From: Candidatus Latescibacterota bacterium
Lineage (GTDB): Bacteria; Latescibacterota; UBA2968; UBA8231
NCBI GenBank assembly: GCA_965206595.1
Contig: OZ242214.1
Span: 6,720,001 to 6,784,000, forward strand
DNA: 64,000 bases
Direction: 5' to 3'
Part shown: in pieces, positions 40,312-49,995 of the stretch
How the letters are laid out: every line of letters begins with the position of its first letter
Position numbering within the stretch: the stretch's first letter is position 1
Program-made: the position numbers and the translations under genes
The notes under the pieces: generated by a model
The model's input: only the letters and a program-made list of their open reading frames with translations
Databases searched by the model: none
Told to the model about the DNA's origin: nothing

Positions 40312-41112
40312 ATGGAGAACAGAACCCCGCCCCTGAGCAATCGCCTCGGCAAACTGTTGGAGCAACACGAAGCCCTGTACGGAGTGATCTGCCGCGACGC
40401 CACCCTCACCGATATCGAGTTGATGGCGCAGGCCGGCTACCACGTCGTCTGGCTCGACATGGAGCACGGCCCCCAGTCCACGGCGAAGACCCTGCGGCTG
40501 GGCCGGACCATCACCCACCTCGGCATGGTGCCGCTCGTGCGCATGCCGGAGCTGTCGCGCACGCAGGTGCAGCGCCTGCTCGACGGGGGCATACAGGTTC
40601 TGGCACTGCCCGACGTGAGGAACGCCGGGGAAGCCGCCCGCTTCGTCGAGCTGGGCAAGTACCCGCCACTGGGGCAGCGCGGCGTCTCCAGCTCCAGCGC
40701 CGGCACGGACTTCACCATGGGTCCGGACCCGCGGCAGAGACTGCGCGAGGCCAATGACGCCACCCATCTGATGGTGATGATCGAGAGCGACGAGGCCTGC
40801 GAAGCACTGGACGGGATCCTGGCGGTCGAAGGCATCGACATGGTCACCGTCGGCCCGATGGACTGGGCCGTCGGTCTCGGGCTCTTCGGTGACGAGGCCA
40901 GGGCGCTCCAGGCCCCGAAGATCGAGCGGGTGTTGAGAGCCGCGGCCGCGGCCGGCAAGATCACCACGGCCGGCGCATTCAGCATCGAAGAGGCGGGGTA
41001 CTACCGCGACCTCGGCGTCCGGGTCTTCTTCGTCGGGGTCGACCTGGTCCTCAAACGCCAGGCCCTGACGCAAACGCTGTCTCGATTTCAGGACGCGCTC
41101 GGGACCTGCTGA
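40312..41112 (+). CDS. HpcH/HpaI aldolase family
   Basis: WLDMEHG, YPPLGQRG, VMIES, VGPMD. Confidence 0.9.
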   Translation: MENRTPPLSNRLGKLLEQHEALYGVICRDATLTDIELMAQAGYHVVWLDMEHGPQSTAKTLRLGRTITHLGMVPLVRMPELSRTQVQRLLDGGIQVLALPDVRNAGEAARFVELGKYPPLGQRGVSSSSAGTDFTMGPDPRQRLREANDATHLMVMIESDEACEALDGILAVEGIDMVTVGPMDWAVGLGLFGDEARALQAPKIERVLRAAAAAGKITTAGAFSIEEAGYYRDLGVRVFFVGVDLVLKRQALTQTLSRFQDALGTC

Positions 41113-41222
41113 CCGGCGGCGGTGTGAGCGGGGGCATGGGAGACATGGACAAGGCCAACCGAGGACAGGTCGATTTCCGGTCCTGACACATTTCGTCGTC
41201 GACTGTCACTCGAAGGTGAGGG

Positions 41223-42233
41223 ATGAAACTCGGCGTGATTTCACAGAACCTGGAGCAGTTCGAGTTCGAGGAAGGTCTGCAGTACGCCAGGAACATGGGA
41301 TTCCAGGCAATAGAGGTGGGTGCCTGCGGACTTTGGGGCCGGGGGTACTGCGATCTCGCGAAGCTCCTCGCCGACAGGGGAGAGATCGAGCGCTGGCTCG
41401 ACGCCTTCGCCCGCCATGACCTCGAGATCAGCGCGCTCGGGGGACACGGGGCGCCGCTCATGCCCGACAAAGCGGTCGCCGGAAATTACTCCCGCGAGTT
41501 CCGGCAGACCTGCGAGCTCATGGAGCTGGCCGGCCTCCGGCGCATCACCTTGCTTGCCGGCCTTCCCGAAGGGGCCGAGGGGGATACCGCACCCAACTGG
41601 GTGACCTTCGCCGAGTGGCCTTTTTTGCGCGATACCCTCAAATGGCAGTGGGAGAAGCGGCTGCTCCCGTACTGGCGCGAGCACGGGAAGATCGCTGCGG
41701 ACCACGGGGTGACGCTCTGCTTCGAGATGCACGGCGGCGACATGGTCCACAACCCGGTGACACTGAAGCGGCTCCGCGAGGAGATCGGCCCTGTCGCAGC
41801 CTGCAACTTCGACATTTCGCACATGTGGTACCAGGGAATCGACCCGGTCGAGGCGCTGCATTTCCTGGGTCCCCTGGTCCAGCACGTCCACGCCAAGGAC
41901 ATCCTCGTCTCCCGGCACAACGCCCGGGTGCGCGGCATGATGGACGGCACCTCCTCCGAGCAGTTCGCGGACCGCTCCTGGACCTATACGCTGGCCGGCT
42001 GGGGCTATGACGAAGCGACCTGGCGCGAGTTCATTTCAACGCTGCGCCTCCTCGGCTACGATCACGCGATCTCGATCGAGATGGAAAGCGAGTACTTCGA
42101 GGTGGAAGAGGGCCTGGAAAAATCGGTGTCGTTTCTCAAGCCGCTCGTGATCGAGAGGCCGTCCGGCGCCAGGTGGTGGGAGATCGCCGGCATCGACGGG
42201 GCCGGCGGCCTGACGCAGAAAGGGGGAGACTGA
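41223..42233 (+). CDS. sugar phosphate isomerase/epimerase (xylose-isomerase-like TIM barrel)
   Basis: FEMHG, NFDISH, HVHAKD, SIEME. Confidence 0.9.
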   Translation: MKLGVISQNLEQFEFEEGLQYARNMGFQAIEVGACGLWGRGYCDLAKLLADRGEIERWLDAFARHDLEISALGGHGAPLMPDKAVAGNYSREFRQTCELMELAGLRRITLLAGLPEGAEGDTAPNWVTFAEWPFLRDTLKWQWEKRLLPYWREHGKIAADHGVTLCFEMHGGDMVHNPVTLKRLREEIGPVAACNFDISHMWYQGIDPVEALHFLGPLVQHVHAKDILVSRHNARVRGMMDGTSSEQFADRSWTYTLAGWGYDEATWREFISTLRLLGYDHAISIEMESEYFEVEEGLEKSVSFLKPLVIERPSGARWWEIAGIDGAGGLTQKGGD

Positions 42234-42237
42234 CAGC

Positions 42238-42960
42238 ATGGCCGTGCATCTTCAGTGGGTTGGCCTCGCATGCTTTCATCTGAGGCAGGAGGAGGGTCCG
42301 ACCATCGCCATGGACCCCTACAATCCCGAGGTCGTTTCCGCGGCCTGTGGAATAGCCGATCCCGCCGTACTCGACTTCCGGCTGCAGGCGGACTTAGTCA
42401 TTGTCAGCTCGCTGACGGACGAGGGGCATTCACACGTCCAGGCTGTCGAGGGAGAGCCCCGGGTGATCGACGCCCTCGACGTCGCCCAGGGCCGGCGCCA
42501 GGTGCACATCGACGGAGAGCCGATGGTTGCCGTGCAGGCGGCCGAGGCACCTCACCACCCTGAAGGCCCGGACGACAACGCGCTCTACGCTTTCAAGGCC
42601 GGCGGCCTCTGGTTCCTGCACATGGGCGACCTGGGGTACGGGATCGGCGAAGACGAGCTCGCCCCCTTCGCCGGCCGCTGCGACGTGTTGCTGGCCCTTG
42701 TCGGCGAGAATCTGACCCTGCGGCTGGAGGAGCTCGATCCGATGATCGACTTCCTGAAGCCGGCATGGATCGTGCCCATGCACTACAACCTGCCGCCGCT
42801 CACCGCGGGGATGACCACGGTCGACGCGTTTCTCGAGCGCCGGCCCCGCGATCCCGTCATCTACCCGCGTCACCACACCGTGGGGTTTCCCCTGCCTGCG
42901 GTGGGGCCGGGCCGCCCCTCCATCGTCGTGCTGGAGCCCTCCGCCTATCAGCCTGTCTGA
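42238..42960 (+). CDS. MBL-fold metallo-hydrolase (atypical metal motif)
   Basis: MDPY, LHMGDLG, IVPMHY. Confidence 0.8.
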   Translation: MAVHLQWVGLACFHLRQEEGPTIAMDPYNPEVVSAACGIADPAVLDFRLQADLVIVSSLTDEGHSHVQAVEGEPRVIDALDVAQGRRQVHIDGEPMVAVQAAEAPHHPEGPDDNALYAFKAGGLWFLHMGDLGYGIGEDELAPFAGRCDVLLALVGENLTLRLEELDPMIDFLKPAWIVPMHYNLPPLTAGMTTVDAFLERRPRDPVIYPRHHTVGFPLPAVGPGRPSIVVLEPSAYQPV

Positions 42961-43074
42961 AAAGAGGGAGTGCAACTCCTCACATCGAGAACGGCTTGGA
43001 ACCCCCGGCGCCAGCCCTGCGCAGTTCTCATGCAGTACTTGCCGCATCAGCATCCCCGGTTCACCTGAACTGTC

Positions 43075-43848
43075 TCAGGTGAACAGATCCCGGAAACGCC
43101 CCATGGCCTCGAGGTCGCCGGCTTCGGGAAACGCCTCCATGCCGATCACCCCTTCGTAACCCACCTCGCGCAGCACATCCGCGATTCGCCGGTAGTCGAT
43201 CTCCCCCGTACCGGGTTCATGCCGGCCCGGTACGTCCGCCACGTGCACGTAGCCGATGTATCCGCAGTAGTCGCGGATCGATTGGACGACGTTCCCCTCC
43301 TCGACCTGGATGTGGTAGATGTCGCACAACAACCGGATGCGCGGGCTGCCCACCTGTTCGATCAGCCGCACCACGTCTTCCGTGTGATTCAGGGGGTAGC
43401 CGGCATGGTCCACCTTGGTGTTCAGCTGTTCCAGGCTGTAGACGACACCGTGCTTTTCGGCCAGCTCCGCCATCCGGGACAGGCACTTGTACGCGGTGAT
43501 CCACATCGTGGCAGGATGTCCGGCGACGGCGTGAACCATTTGCCCCTGCGCGTCGAGCGCGCCGGTGGTGATGCTCAGGTTGCGGCACCCGAAACGTTCG
43601 GCAACGGCGAGGTTCTGCTTTGCCCCGGCGAGGTAGGCCTCGACTCCGTCCGGGTGAACCATGCTGCCCCCGACCCAGCCTGGCATGGCGCAGATTTCGA
43701 TATCCGGATCCCCGGCAATCGCGTCGATGGCGCTCTCCTCCCAGCCCCACAGGTCGACCCCGAATCCGGCCCGGGCGATGGCGCGCACGCGCTCCAGGAA
43801 AGACAGACTGCGCAACACGGTGCCTTCGCAAACCGACAGTCGGAACAT
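43075..43848 (-). CDS. hydroxypyruvate isomerase (Hyi) family
   Basis: LEQLN..DH.GY, DIYH, ADVPGRHEPGTGEIDY. Confidence 0.88.
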   Translation of the reverse strand: MFRLSVCEGTVLRSLSFLERVRAIARAGFGVDLWGWEESAIDAIAGDPDIEICAMPGWVGGSMVHPDGVEAYLAGAKQNLAVAERFGCRNLSITTGALDAQGQMVHAVAGHPATMWITAYKCLSRMAELAEKHGVVYSLEQLNTKVDHAGYPLNHTEDVVRLIEQVGSPRIRLLCDIYHIQVEEGNVVQSIRDYCGYIGYVHVADVPGRHEPGTGEIDYRRIADVLREVGYEGVIGMEAFPEAGDLEAMGRFRDLFT

Positions 43849-43999
43849 TTCCCACCTTCTCAAGATTCGGACCAAGCTGCTGTCGCGGGACTCTCGCCCC
43901 GGCGCACAGATTAACTGGTTTGGATTGAAACCGCGATTCCCCCCCCCCCCCTCGAGATGCAGCGGCGGCCGAATTCACGCGGAATTGCGCGCGCGGGAA

Positions 44000-45991
44000 C
44001 TACACCCAGTAGAGGCCGTGGCCCTGGGCGCCCGTCACCAGGTCGACGGCAAGCCAGAAGGCGATGGCGGTGAACTGCCCGAGGATCAGCCCCAGGAAGA
44101 AGGGGCGCACCCGCAGCAGCAGGTTCGGTCCGCCGTAGCGGATCAGCGCCGCCTTCACCAGCCAGACGAGGAAGACGCTGAACCACATGTGACGGGTCAG
44201 CATCATCTGCGACACGGCCAGCCCCATCGGGTGGACGGGAAACGACAGCACGTGCCCCCGTACCCAGTAGAGGCCGAGCATGATCGCCCCGCCCAGACCC
44301 ATCAGGCCCAGCCCGGTCAGGTCGGGGCCTACGGGGGTGCGCAGGAAGTTGGCGGCGAAGTCGATGGTGTAGCGCGGGCCGTTCAGGAAGAACCAGGAGT
44401 TGGCGTTGTTGGCGCCTGACTGGTAGGCGTAGAAAAGGGTCGTCCAGACCGACACCCCCACCCCCAGCAGCACCGCGATGATCATGCTCCAGAGGACGAC
44501 CCCCTTGCGGGCGACCGACTCGGTCACCTTCAGGCCGTTGGCCGCCGAGGCCATGACGAAGGTGCGCACGTCGCTCATCCAGACCTGTCCCATGGCGATC
44601 ACTCCCACCGCCCCGGGCCCTCCCAGCACGGAAGTGCCGTAGATGGTGCGCACGACAGTGGGGGTGATCAGCTGGGCCCGCGTCGCCGCCAGGCCCGACT
44701 CGCAGAGGATGCGGGTGATGCCGAGGAAGGTGGCTGCGGCGACCAGCACGAAGGTCGCCGACGCCCACCAGGGCACCCCCGCGGCGATGAACCACCCCGT
44801 CATCAGCACCAGGCCGAGGATCAGCTGTGCGTACACCTTGCGCATGGAGAATTCGCCGCTGCCGCTCCCTTCGCCGTCGACGGCCGCCCTCCAGCTCTTC
44901 CGCAGGTACTGCCGCGCCGTCCACAGGGTGTAGCCCGTGAGCGCCATCAGGGCGCCGAACTGCATGTAGGAGAGGATTGGACCGCCGTCGCTCTGGGCGT
45001 AGATGTCGAGGTTGAGGCTTCGCGACAGGCCGATGTAGGTGAAGTACCCCTTGAGGGCGTACCCGAGCAGGTAGAACAGCCAGATGCTCAGGGTCACCTC
45101 CTGGGGGGTCAGGTAGGCGAAACCCATCATGGGAAAGCTGACGTTGACGGAGAGGTGCTCGAGGCTCCGCAGAACCGGGATGCCCGCCGACAGGCTCACT
45201 CCCGGGATGTAGTTGAAGTAGGCGTGCAGTCCGTTCATGGAGGTGATGAGGAAGGGCACGGCGAACCCCGACCACATCACCGGGTTGCGGAGAAAGCGGT
45301 TCAGCGCCCTGCCCGGCTCCTGCGAGCAGATCACCAGCGGCAGCTGTGCCAGGGGGTAAGCAAGGCGCTCGTGTTCCATCCACTGGCGGCGGAACAGCAC
45401 CGCCAGGGAGATCATCACCAGGTAGAGTCCGAGAAGGACCGGAACCCACCCCAGCAGGGGCTTGATCCACGCCATCCAGGGAACCGGCTCGCCCCGGGCA
45501 ACCCCCTCGTAGAAAGCGCGGATCGCCTCCTCTCCCTGCGGCACCAGCCAGTGCGGCACATGGGGATGGATGTCCTGGGCCCACTCGTTCTCCGGGGTCG
45601 CCAGGTAGGAGATCGCCGGCAGGATCGGGACCAGGTACAGGGTCAGTCCCATGGTGCAGATCGAGCAGGCGATGGCCGCCATCAGGTAGGTGATCGACAG
45701 CTCTCCCGCGGACAGCGACAGGCCGGGGAGCAGGCGCCGCAGCGCCGCGTTGACGAACAGGGCGGCGACGAAAAGCAGGAAGATGGCCGCGGCGGTGGTG
45801 AAGTCGATGGTCATGTAGGAGCCGCGCACGACCAGGCAGTTGTAGGGCCCCCAGAAGGCGACCGCGGCGCTCATCACCGAGCCGGCCAGCAGCGCCCGCG
45901 CCGGACGCACGTACCCCGGGTTTTCCGCGTTGTCGGGGGAGTGGGGGCTGAAATCGGCCTTGCCGCTGGGATGGATGGGATTCGTCATCAC
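44000..45991 (-). CDS. polytopic membrane protein (DUF6785/DUF6784-like, putative transporter)
   Basis: Many TM helices; RRQWMEHERLAYPL, PVHPMG, RYGG, PFFLGLILG. Confidence 0.75.
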   Translation of the reverse strand: MMTNPIHPSGKADFSPHSPDNAENPGYVRPARALLAGSVMSAAVAFWGPYNCLVVRGSYMTIDFTTAAAIFLLFVAALFVNAALRRLLPGLSLSAGELSITYLMAAIACSICTMGLTLYLVPILPAISYLATPENEWAQDIHPHVPHWLVPQGEEAIRAFYEGVARGEPVPWMAWIKPLLGWVPVLLGLYLVMISLAVLFRRQWMEHERLAYPLAQLPLVICSQEPGRALNRFLRNPVMWSGFAVPFLITSMNGLHAYFNYIPGVSLSAGIPVLRSLEHLSVNVSFPMMGFAYLTPQEVTLSIWLFYLLGYALKGYFTYIGLSRSLNLDIYAQSDGGPILSYMQFGALMALTGYTLWTARQYLRKSWRAAVDGEGSGSGEFSMRKVYAQLILGLVLMTGWFIAAGVPWWASATFVLVAAATFLGITRILCESGLAATRAQLITPTVVRTIYGTSVLGGPGAVGVIAMGQVWMSDVRTFVMASAANGLKVTESVARKGVVLWSMIIAVLLGVGVSVWTTLFYAYQSGANNANSWFFLNGPRYTIDFAANFLRTPVGPDLTGLGLMGLGGAIMLGLYWVRGHVLSFPVHPMGLAVSQMMLTRHMWFSVFLVWLVKAALIRYGGPNLLLRVRPFFLGLILGQFTAIAFWLAVDLVTGAQGHGLYWV

Positions 45992-46161
45992 TGATGCATC
46001 AGGTATGAGATTGCCTGCCGCCGCTTCCGGCGTCCACTATGACGATCGAAAGGGCCCTGTCTCGCACACCGGGCGAGGGCACGCGCATGTGCGCGGGCCT
46101 CCCCTCTTCCGGGGCGGCCTTGCACGGATCTCCCATTTTTTTCGACATGGCAATAAAAAGG

Positions 46162-46191
46162 GGAATGAACGGCCAATCCGCGTTGTCCAAT
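46162..46191 (+). promoter_or_regulatory. putative ECF promoter of the Spy-like gene
   Basis: GGAATGAA-N12-GTTGTCCAAT with an upstream A-tract, as before the ECF sigma gene. Confidence 0.65.
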
Positions 46192-46256
46192 CGCGTGAAA
46201 GCTGAACAACGGCACGGAATCAGCCGCGCCGAAACCCACACGATTGGAGGAACGCC

Positions 46257-46664
46257 ATGAAGGCCATCACACCCATCGCCGCCGCCGCCGTCCTGATCCT
46301 GGGGACGCTTCCGGCCACCGCCGACTCGGAGACCGAAGACAAGGAGACCCGGCGCGGGAAAGGGCACGCCGCCCTGTCCGAGGAACTGGACCTCAACGAA
46401 GAGCAGAAGACGCAGGTGGAAGCGATCCTGGGAGCCCAGAAGGAGAAGCGCAGGGAGCTCTTCGCCGAGCACCGCGAGACCCGGCGCGAAGGGCGGGAGC
46501 AGATGAAGGCGCTGCGCGAGGAGACCCAGGCGCAACTGAAAGAGGTGTTGAGCGAGGAGCAGTTCGAGCGCCTGCAGGAAATGCGCGAAGAGCGACGGGA
46601 CCGCCCCGGCAAGCGAAGCGGCGGGGGGCACGGAGGCGAGCGCGGCAGGGGCCGGCACCACTAG
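46257..46664 (+). CDS. Spy/CpxP-like periplasmic protein
   Basis: GGAGG SD, signal peptide, two LTxxQ-like motifs (LNEEQ, LSEEQ). Confidence 0.8.
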   Translation: MKAITPIAAAAVLILGTLPATADSETEDKETRRGKGHAALSEELDLNEEQKTQVEAILGAQKEKRRELFAEHRETRREGREQMKALREETQAQLKEVLSEEQFERLQEMREERRDRPGKRSGGGHGGERGRGRHH

Positions 46665-46829
46665 GCCCGGGGGCATCGGCAAACGTGGCGGCGCCGGTTC
46701 AACGGATCGGCGCCGCCCCTTCTTTTGTGGAAGCCCTCCCTCCGGGTCCGGCGTCGGCAAACCGGACCCCCTCCGGCACAGGAGAAGCCAACCCGGACTG
46801 CGTTACTCCGAAGCCTCTCGAACACGACC

Positions 46830-47861
46830 CTACATGTACCGTTCGTCGAGAATCCGCTTCAGCACAGGCTCGAGCGCGTTCGCCATGCGGCTGGCGCCCA
46901 AGTCGTTCGCGTGCGACCCGTCGTTGGTGCCGTCGCCGTCGATCCCCAACAGCCCTTCCCCCTCGATATAGTGAAATGGGCCCGCAGACTCGGTGAGCAA
47001 CTCGGCGAATGCGAGCTTCAGCGAGCGGCGGCGGTCGATGTTTTCCTGCCTGCTGCCCGGGGTTATCCAGCCGGCCGGGTAGCCCCTGTCCTCGACGAGA
47101 ACGATCGGAGTCCGGGGATGGGCCCCGCGGATGATCCGGACGAACTCCCTGGCAAAGCCGTCGATCCGCTCCGCCGGCATGTTGGGAAGCGGATCGAGGA
47201 CGTAGGCCACCACATCCAGTTCCGCCAGGAACCGGGCGACCTCCGGCTCCATGATGGCGTTGCCGGAGAATCCCAGGTTGAGGATGGGATAATCGAGACG
47301 GCGTCCGAGGATGGCCGCATGAGTCATGCCGGGGCGGGAGGCGCCGGCGCCGTGGACGATGGAGGTCCCGTAGTAAGCGATCGGCCGCTCCGGACGGGGC
47401 GCTACCGTCGCGATCGACGCGGTTGCCGGCACGCCGATTTCGAGAGAGGTCACCGCGTTGTATACGGGCAGATAGAGACGGAACTCGTGAGGGTCGCCGT
47501 CGAGGTTCCCGTACGGATTGAGTATGGATTCGGCGTGCTCGGAGATCGCCGGGGCCTGCCCGACCCAGCGCCAGCTTCCCTCGGGGGTTTTCGCATACAG
47601 ATCCAGGCCGCTGTGCGCGTAGATCGGCGTGTGGTTGGCGCTGAAGACGGGATCTTTCAGGGACCACCGCGCCCGGATGGCGGTTGCGTTCGATGAAAAC
47701 CGCACCGTGATCCCGGTAGTATGGCGGCTCAGGTCCCAGATCTCCGGGCGCACGATGGCTTCCGCCCGCGCCGGGAGCCGGTTGAAGAACTCCTTCGTAT
47801 CCTCCCAACCGCGTCCCTCGACGCAGAGCTCGCGCGCATCCATCCACTTCCACTGACTCAT
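46830..47861 (-). CDS. SGNH/GDSL hydrolase with GxDLY N-terminal domain
   Basis: SGLDLY, YGTSIVHG, NLGFSG, DGSHAND. Confidence 0.9.
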   Translation of the reverse strand: MSQWKWMDARELCVEGRGWEDTKEFFNRLPARAEAIVRPEIWDLSRHTTGITVRFSSNATAIRARWSLKDPVFSANHTPIYAHSGLDLYAKTPEGSWRWVGQAPAISEHAESILNPYGNLDGDPHEFRLYLPVYNAVTSLEIGVPATASIATVAPRPERPIAYYGTSIVHGAGASRPGMTHAAILGRRLDYPILNLGFSGNAIMEPEVARFLAELDVVAYVLDPLPNMPAERIDGFAREFVRIIRGAHPRTPIVLVEDRGYPAGWITPGSRQENIDRRRSLKLAFAELLTESAGPFHYIEGEGLLGIDGDGTNDGSHANDLGASRMANALEPVLKRILDERYM

Positions 47862-47908
47862 GGTTTGCCCCCCTGTTACGTCAGAAACCTGCAACTATGC
47901 CGTGCGCC

Positions 47909-47957
47909 GGTGCCCGGGGCAAGGGTGCCCCCGGGGCAAGGGTGCCCGGGGCAAGGG
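47909..47957. repeat. three quasi-palindromic 15-17 bp repeats
   Basis: GGTGCCC(CC)GGGGCAAG x3 in the intergenic region. Confidence 0.75.
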
Positions 47958-47973
47958 ACCCTGCCCGCCTTCG

Positions 47974-48951
47974 TCACCCTGCGTACACCGCCTCGCGCAG
48001 CCCCTTGATATAGCCGATGGCGAACAGGCGCCCGATCGACGAGTAGCCCGGGCTGTCGTTCCGGTCCCCTTCCATGGTCGGCACGTGGTCGGGGCGCAGG
48101 ACCCCCTCGAAGCCGATGTCGCGGTAGGCTTCCATGCAGGCGCGCATGTCGGTCTGACCTTCGTCGTGGAAGGTCTCGACGAATTTTTCGGGCGTGCCGC
48201 GCACGTCGCGGAAGTGGACGAAATGGATGCGCTCCCCGAAGTGGCGGATGACTCCGGGCAGGTCGTCGGTCATCAGGGTGAAGTTGCCCTGGCACAGGCA
48301 GATGCCGTTGGCCGAACTCGGCACCAGGTCGAGGAGCTTCTGGTAGTTCTCGACGCTGCGCATGATCCGCCCCATGCCGCGCAGCGGGGACAGCGGCGGA
48401 TCGTCGGGGTGCATGGCGAGCCGGACCCCGGCTTCCTCGGCGACCGGCACGACCTTTTCCAGGAAGTATTTCAGGTTGTCCCAGAGCTGCTCCTCGGTGA
48501 CGACGCCGGCGTCGGTCAGGGGCGCGTTCTTCATCAGCTCGTTGTCGAAGCCGGTGACCATGGCGCCGCCTCGTCCTGGAGCCGCCATCGACGTTCGGGT
48601 CCAGTTGAGCACCGGCATCCACTCCGTGCACCAGACCGGAATGCCGAGCTTGCCCATGTTGCGGATGAGCTCGCAGGCGTACCCGATCTCCTCGTCCCGG
48701 TCCGAAAGACCCAGCTTCGCCTTGTCGAGGGGCGGGCGGCTCTCGATGACGTCGAGGGAGAAGCCGCCGTCGTTGAAGGCGGTCTTCATTCTCACGAGGT
48801 TGGTGTAGCTCCAGGGCCGCTGCTCGGGGTGGACCCCGGCGCCATCCCCGGGGATGGCGAAGCTGCCGACCACGTGGTCGACGCCGCATTGCTTTGCCAT
48901 CCTCCAGAGCGGCGTCGGGTGGGCGGGCAGGACTTCGGCGATCTCGATCAT
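47974..48951 (-). CDS. uxuA: mannonate dehydratase
   Basis: WTRT, LAMHPDDPP, FVHFRDV, RPDHVP, GRLFAIGYIKGL. Confidence 0.92.
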   Translation of the reverse strand: MIEIAEVLPAHPTPLWRMAKQCGVDHVVGSFAIPGDGAGVHPEQRPWSYTNLVRMKTAFNDGGFSLDVIESRPPLDKAKLGLSDRDEEIGYACELIRNMGKLGIPVWCTEWMPVLNWTRTSMAAPGRGGAMVTGFDNELMKNAPLTDAGVVTEEQLWDNLKYFLEKVVPVAEEAGVRLAMHPDDPPLSPLRGMGRIMRSVENYQKLLDLVPSSANGICLCQGNFTLMTDDLPGVIRHFGERIHFVHFRDVRGTPEKFVETFHDEGQTDMRACMEAYRDIGFEGVLRPDHVPTMEGDRNDSPGYSSIGRLFAIGYIKGLREAVYAG

Positions 48952-49163
48952 CTCGTTTCTCCTCGAATCGATGTCCCGTGAATGTACCGGAAAAAGCGGA
49001 AGGCAGTCGGGCGGCGTGCCCGCGATTCAGAAGATCGGAATCGAGCAGCCGCCAAGGCCTTCTTCGAACGCTTCCCCGGCACCCGCGTACCGGCCTGGAC
49101 CGGGCAAACCTCCATCCGGCGCGCCATCGAGCCGGATACCGGCCATCCACTTCGAGACAGCTG

Positions 49164-49850
49164 TCAGTCCTCGTCGATTTCCTTGATCAGCGCCGACAAC
49201 CGATTCAGGCAGACGGTCAGGAAAATCTCTTCGACAGCGGGGGAAGCATCCCTGGGGGGACTGTTGATGAAGTTGCCGATGGCGATGAGGACCACGTACA
49301 CCGAAAGCACACCGTACGCCTGGTCCCCGGTGGCCCTCAGTCCGTCGCGCACGGTGCGCGTTATCTGCCGCATGGACTCGACAAAGGCCTCGGACCTTTC
49401 CTCTTCGTAAGCTGCGGCTGCCTCGCCGCACAGGTCCTTCAGCCGCGTGCGGTATTCCGCTTCGATGCAGCGGGCTTCCCCCAGGGAGGCGGTGGCCCGC
49501 CGCAGCAGGCGGGTAATGGCGGCGACCCGGTCGGTATCCTCGCGCGACAGCAGGCGGTAGAACTGATCGCCGGCGCCCAGTGCCCGGCAGACCCCGTTGA
49601 GCAGCTGCAGGCGCACCGCCTCGGAGGAGAAGTCGGTAAGGCGGGCAAGCGCCGGTTTGACTATACGGCGATCCTGGCGATCCCCGAGGACGTCGACCAG
49701 GGTCGGAAAGGTCAGGGGGTCGTCCTGCGCGGGCTTCCGCTGCTGGTTCCCTTCCTGGTCCCGGAGCAGAGTACCGGCTCGCGGCCCTGGTCTCCATGGT
49801 TTCCGGTTTCGCGGTCGGCCAGTTTCTCGATCTCTTTCCCGGAAAAATCG
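49164..49850 (-). CDS. hypothetical helical protein or gene fragment; start unclear
   Basis: The C-terminal ~190 aa look protein-like; the upstream part of the ORF does not. Confidence 0.4.
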   Translation of the reverse strand, partial: RFFRERDRETGRPRNRKPWRPGPRAGTLLRDQEGNQQRKPAQDDPLTFPTLVDVLGDRQDRRIVKPALARLTDFSSEAVRLQLLNGVCRALGAGDQFYRLLSREDTDRVAAITRLLRRATASLGEARCIEAEYRTRLKDLCGEAAAAYEEERSEAFVESMRQITRTVRDGLRATGDQAYGVLSVYVVLIAIGNFINSPPRDASPAVEEIFLTVCLNRLSALIKEIDED

Positions 49851-49995
49851 GCTTTTCCTGGGTTTTTGCGGCCGGGGCGGTCTTCGGGTTCCGCATCGCC
49901 GTGGTGCGTTATTTCGATTGGGTGCGTTATATAGTGACTGCGCCCGGTCCCGGGCGCAGGTACAGAATCGACCGCCATTACCGGAGGATCTTCCG

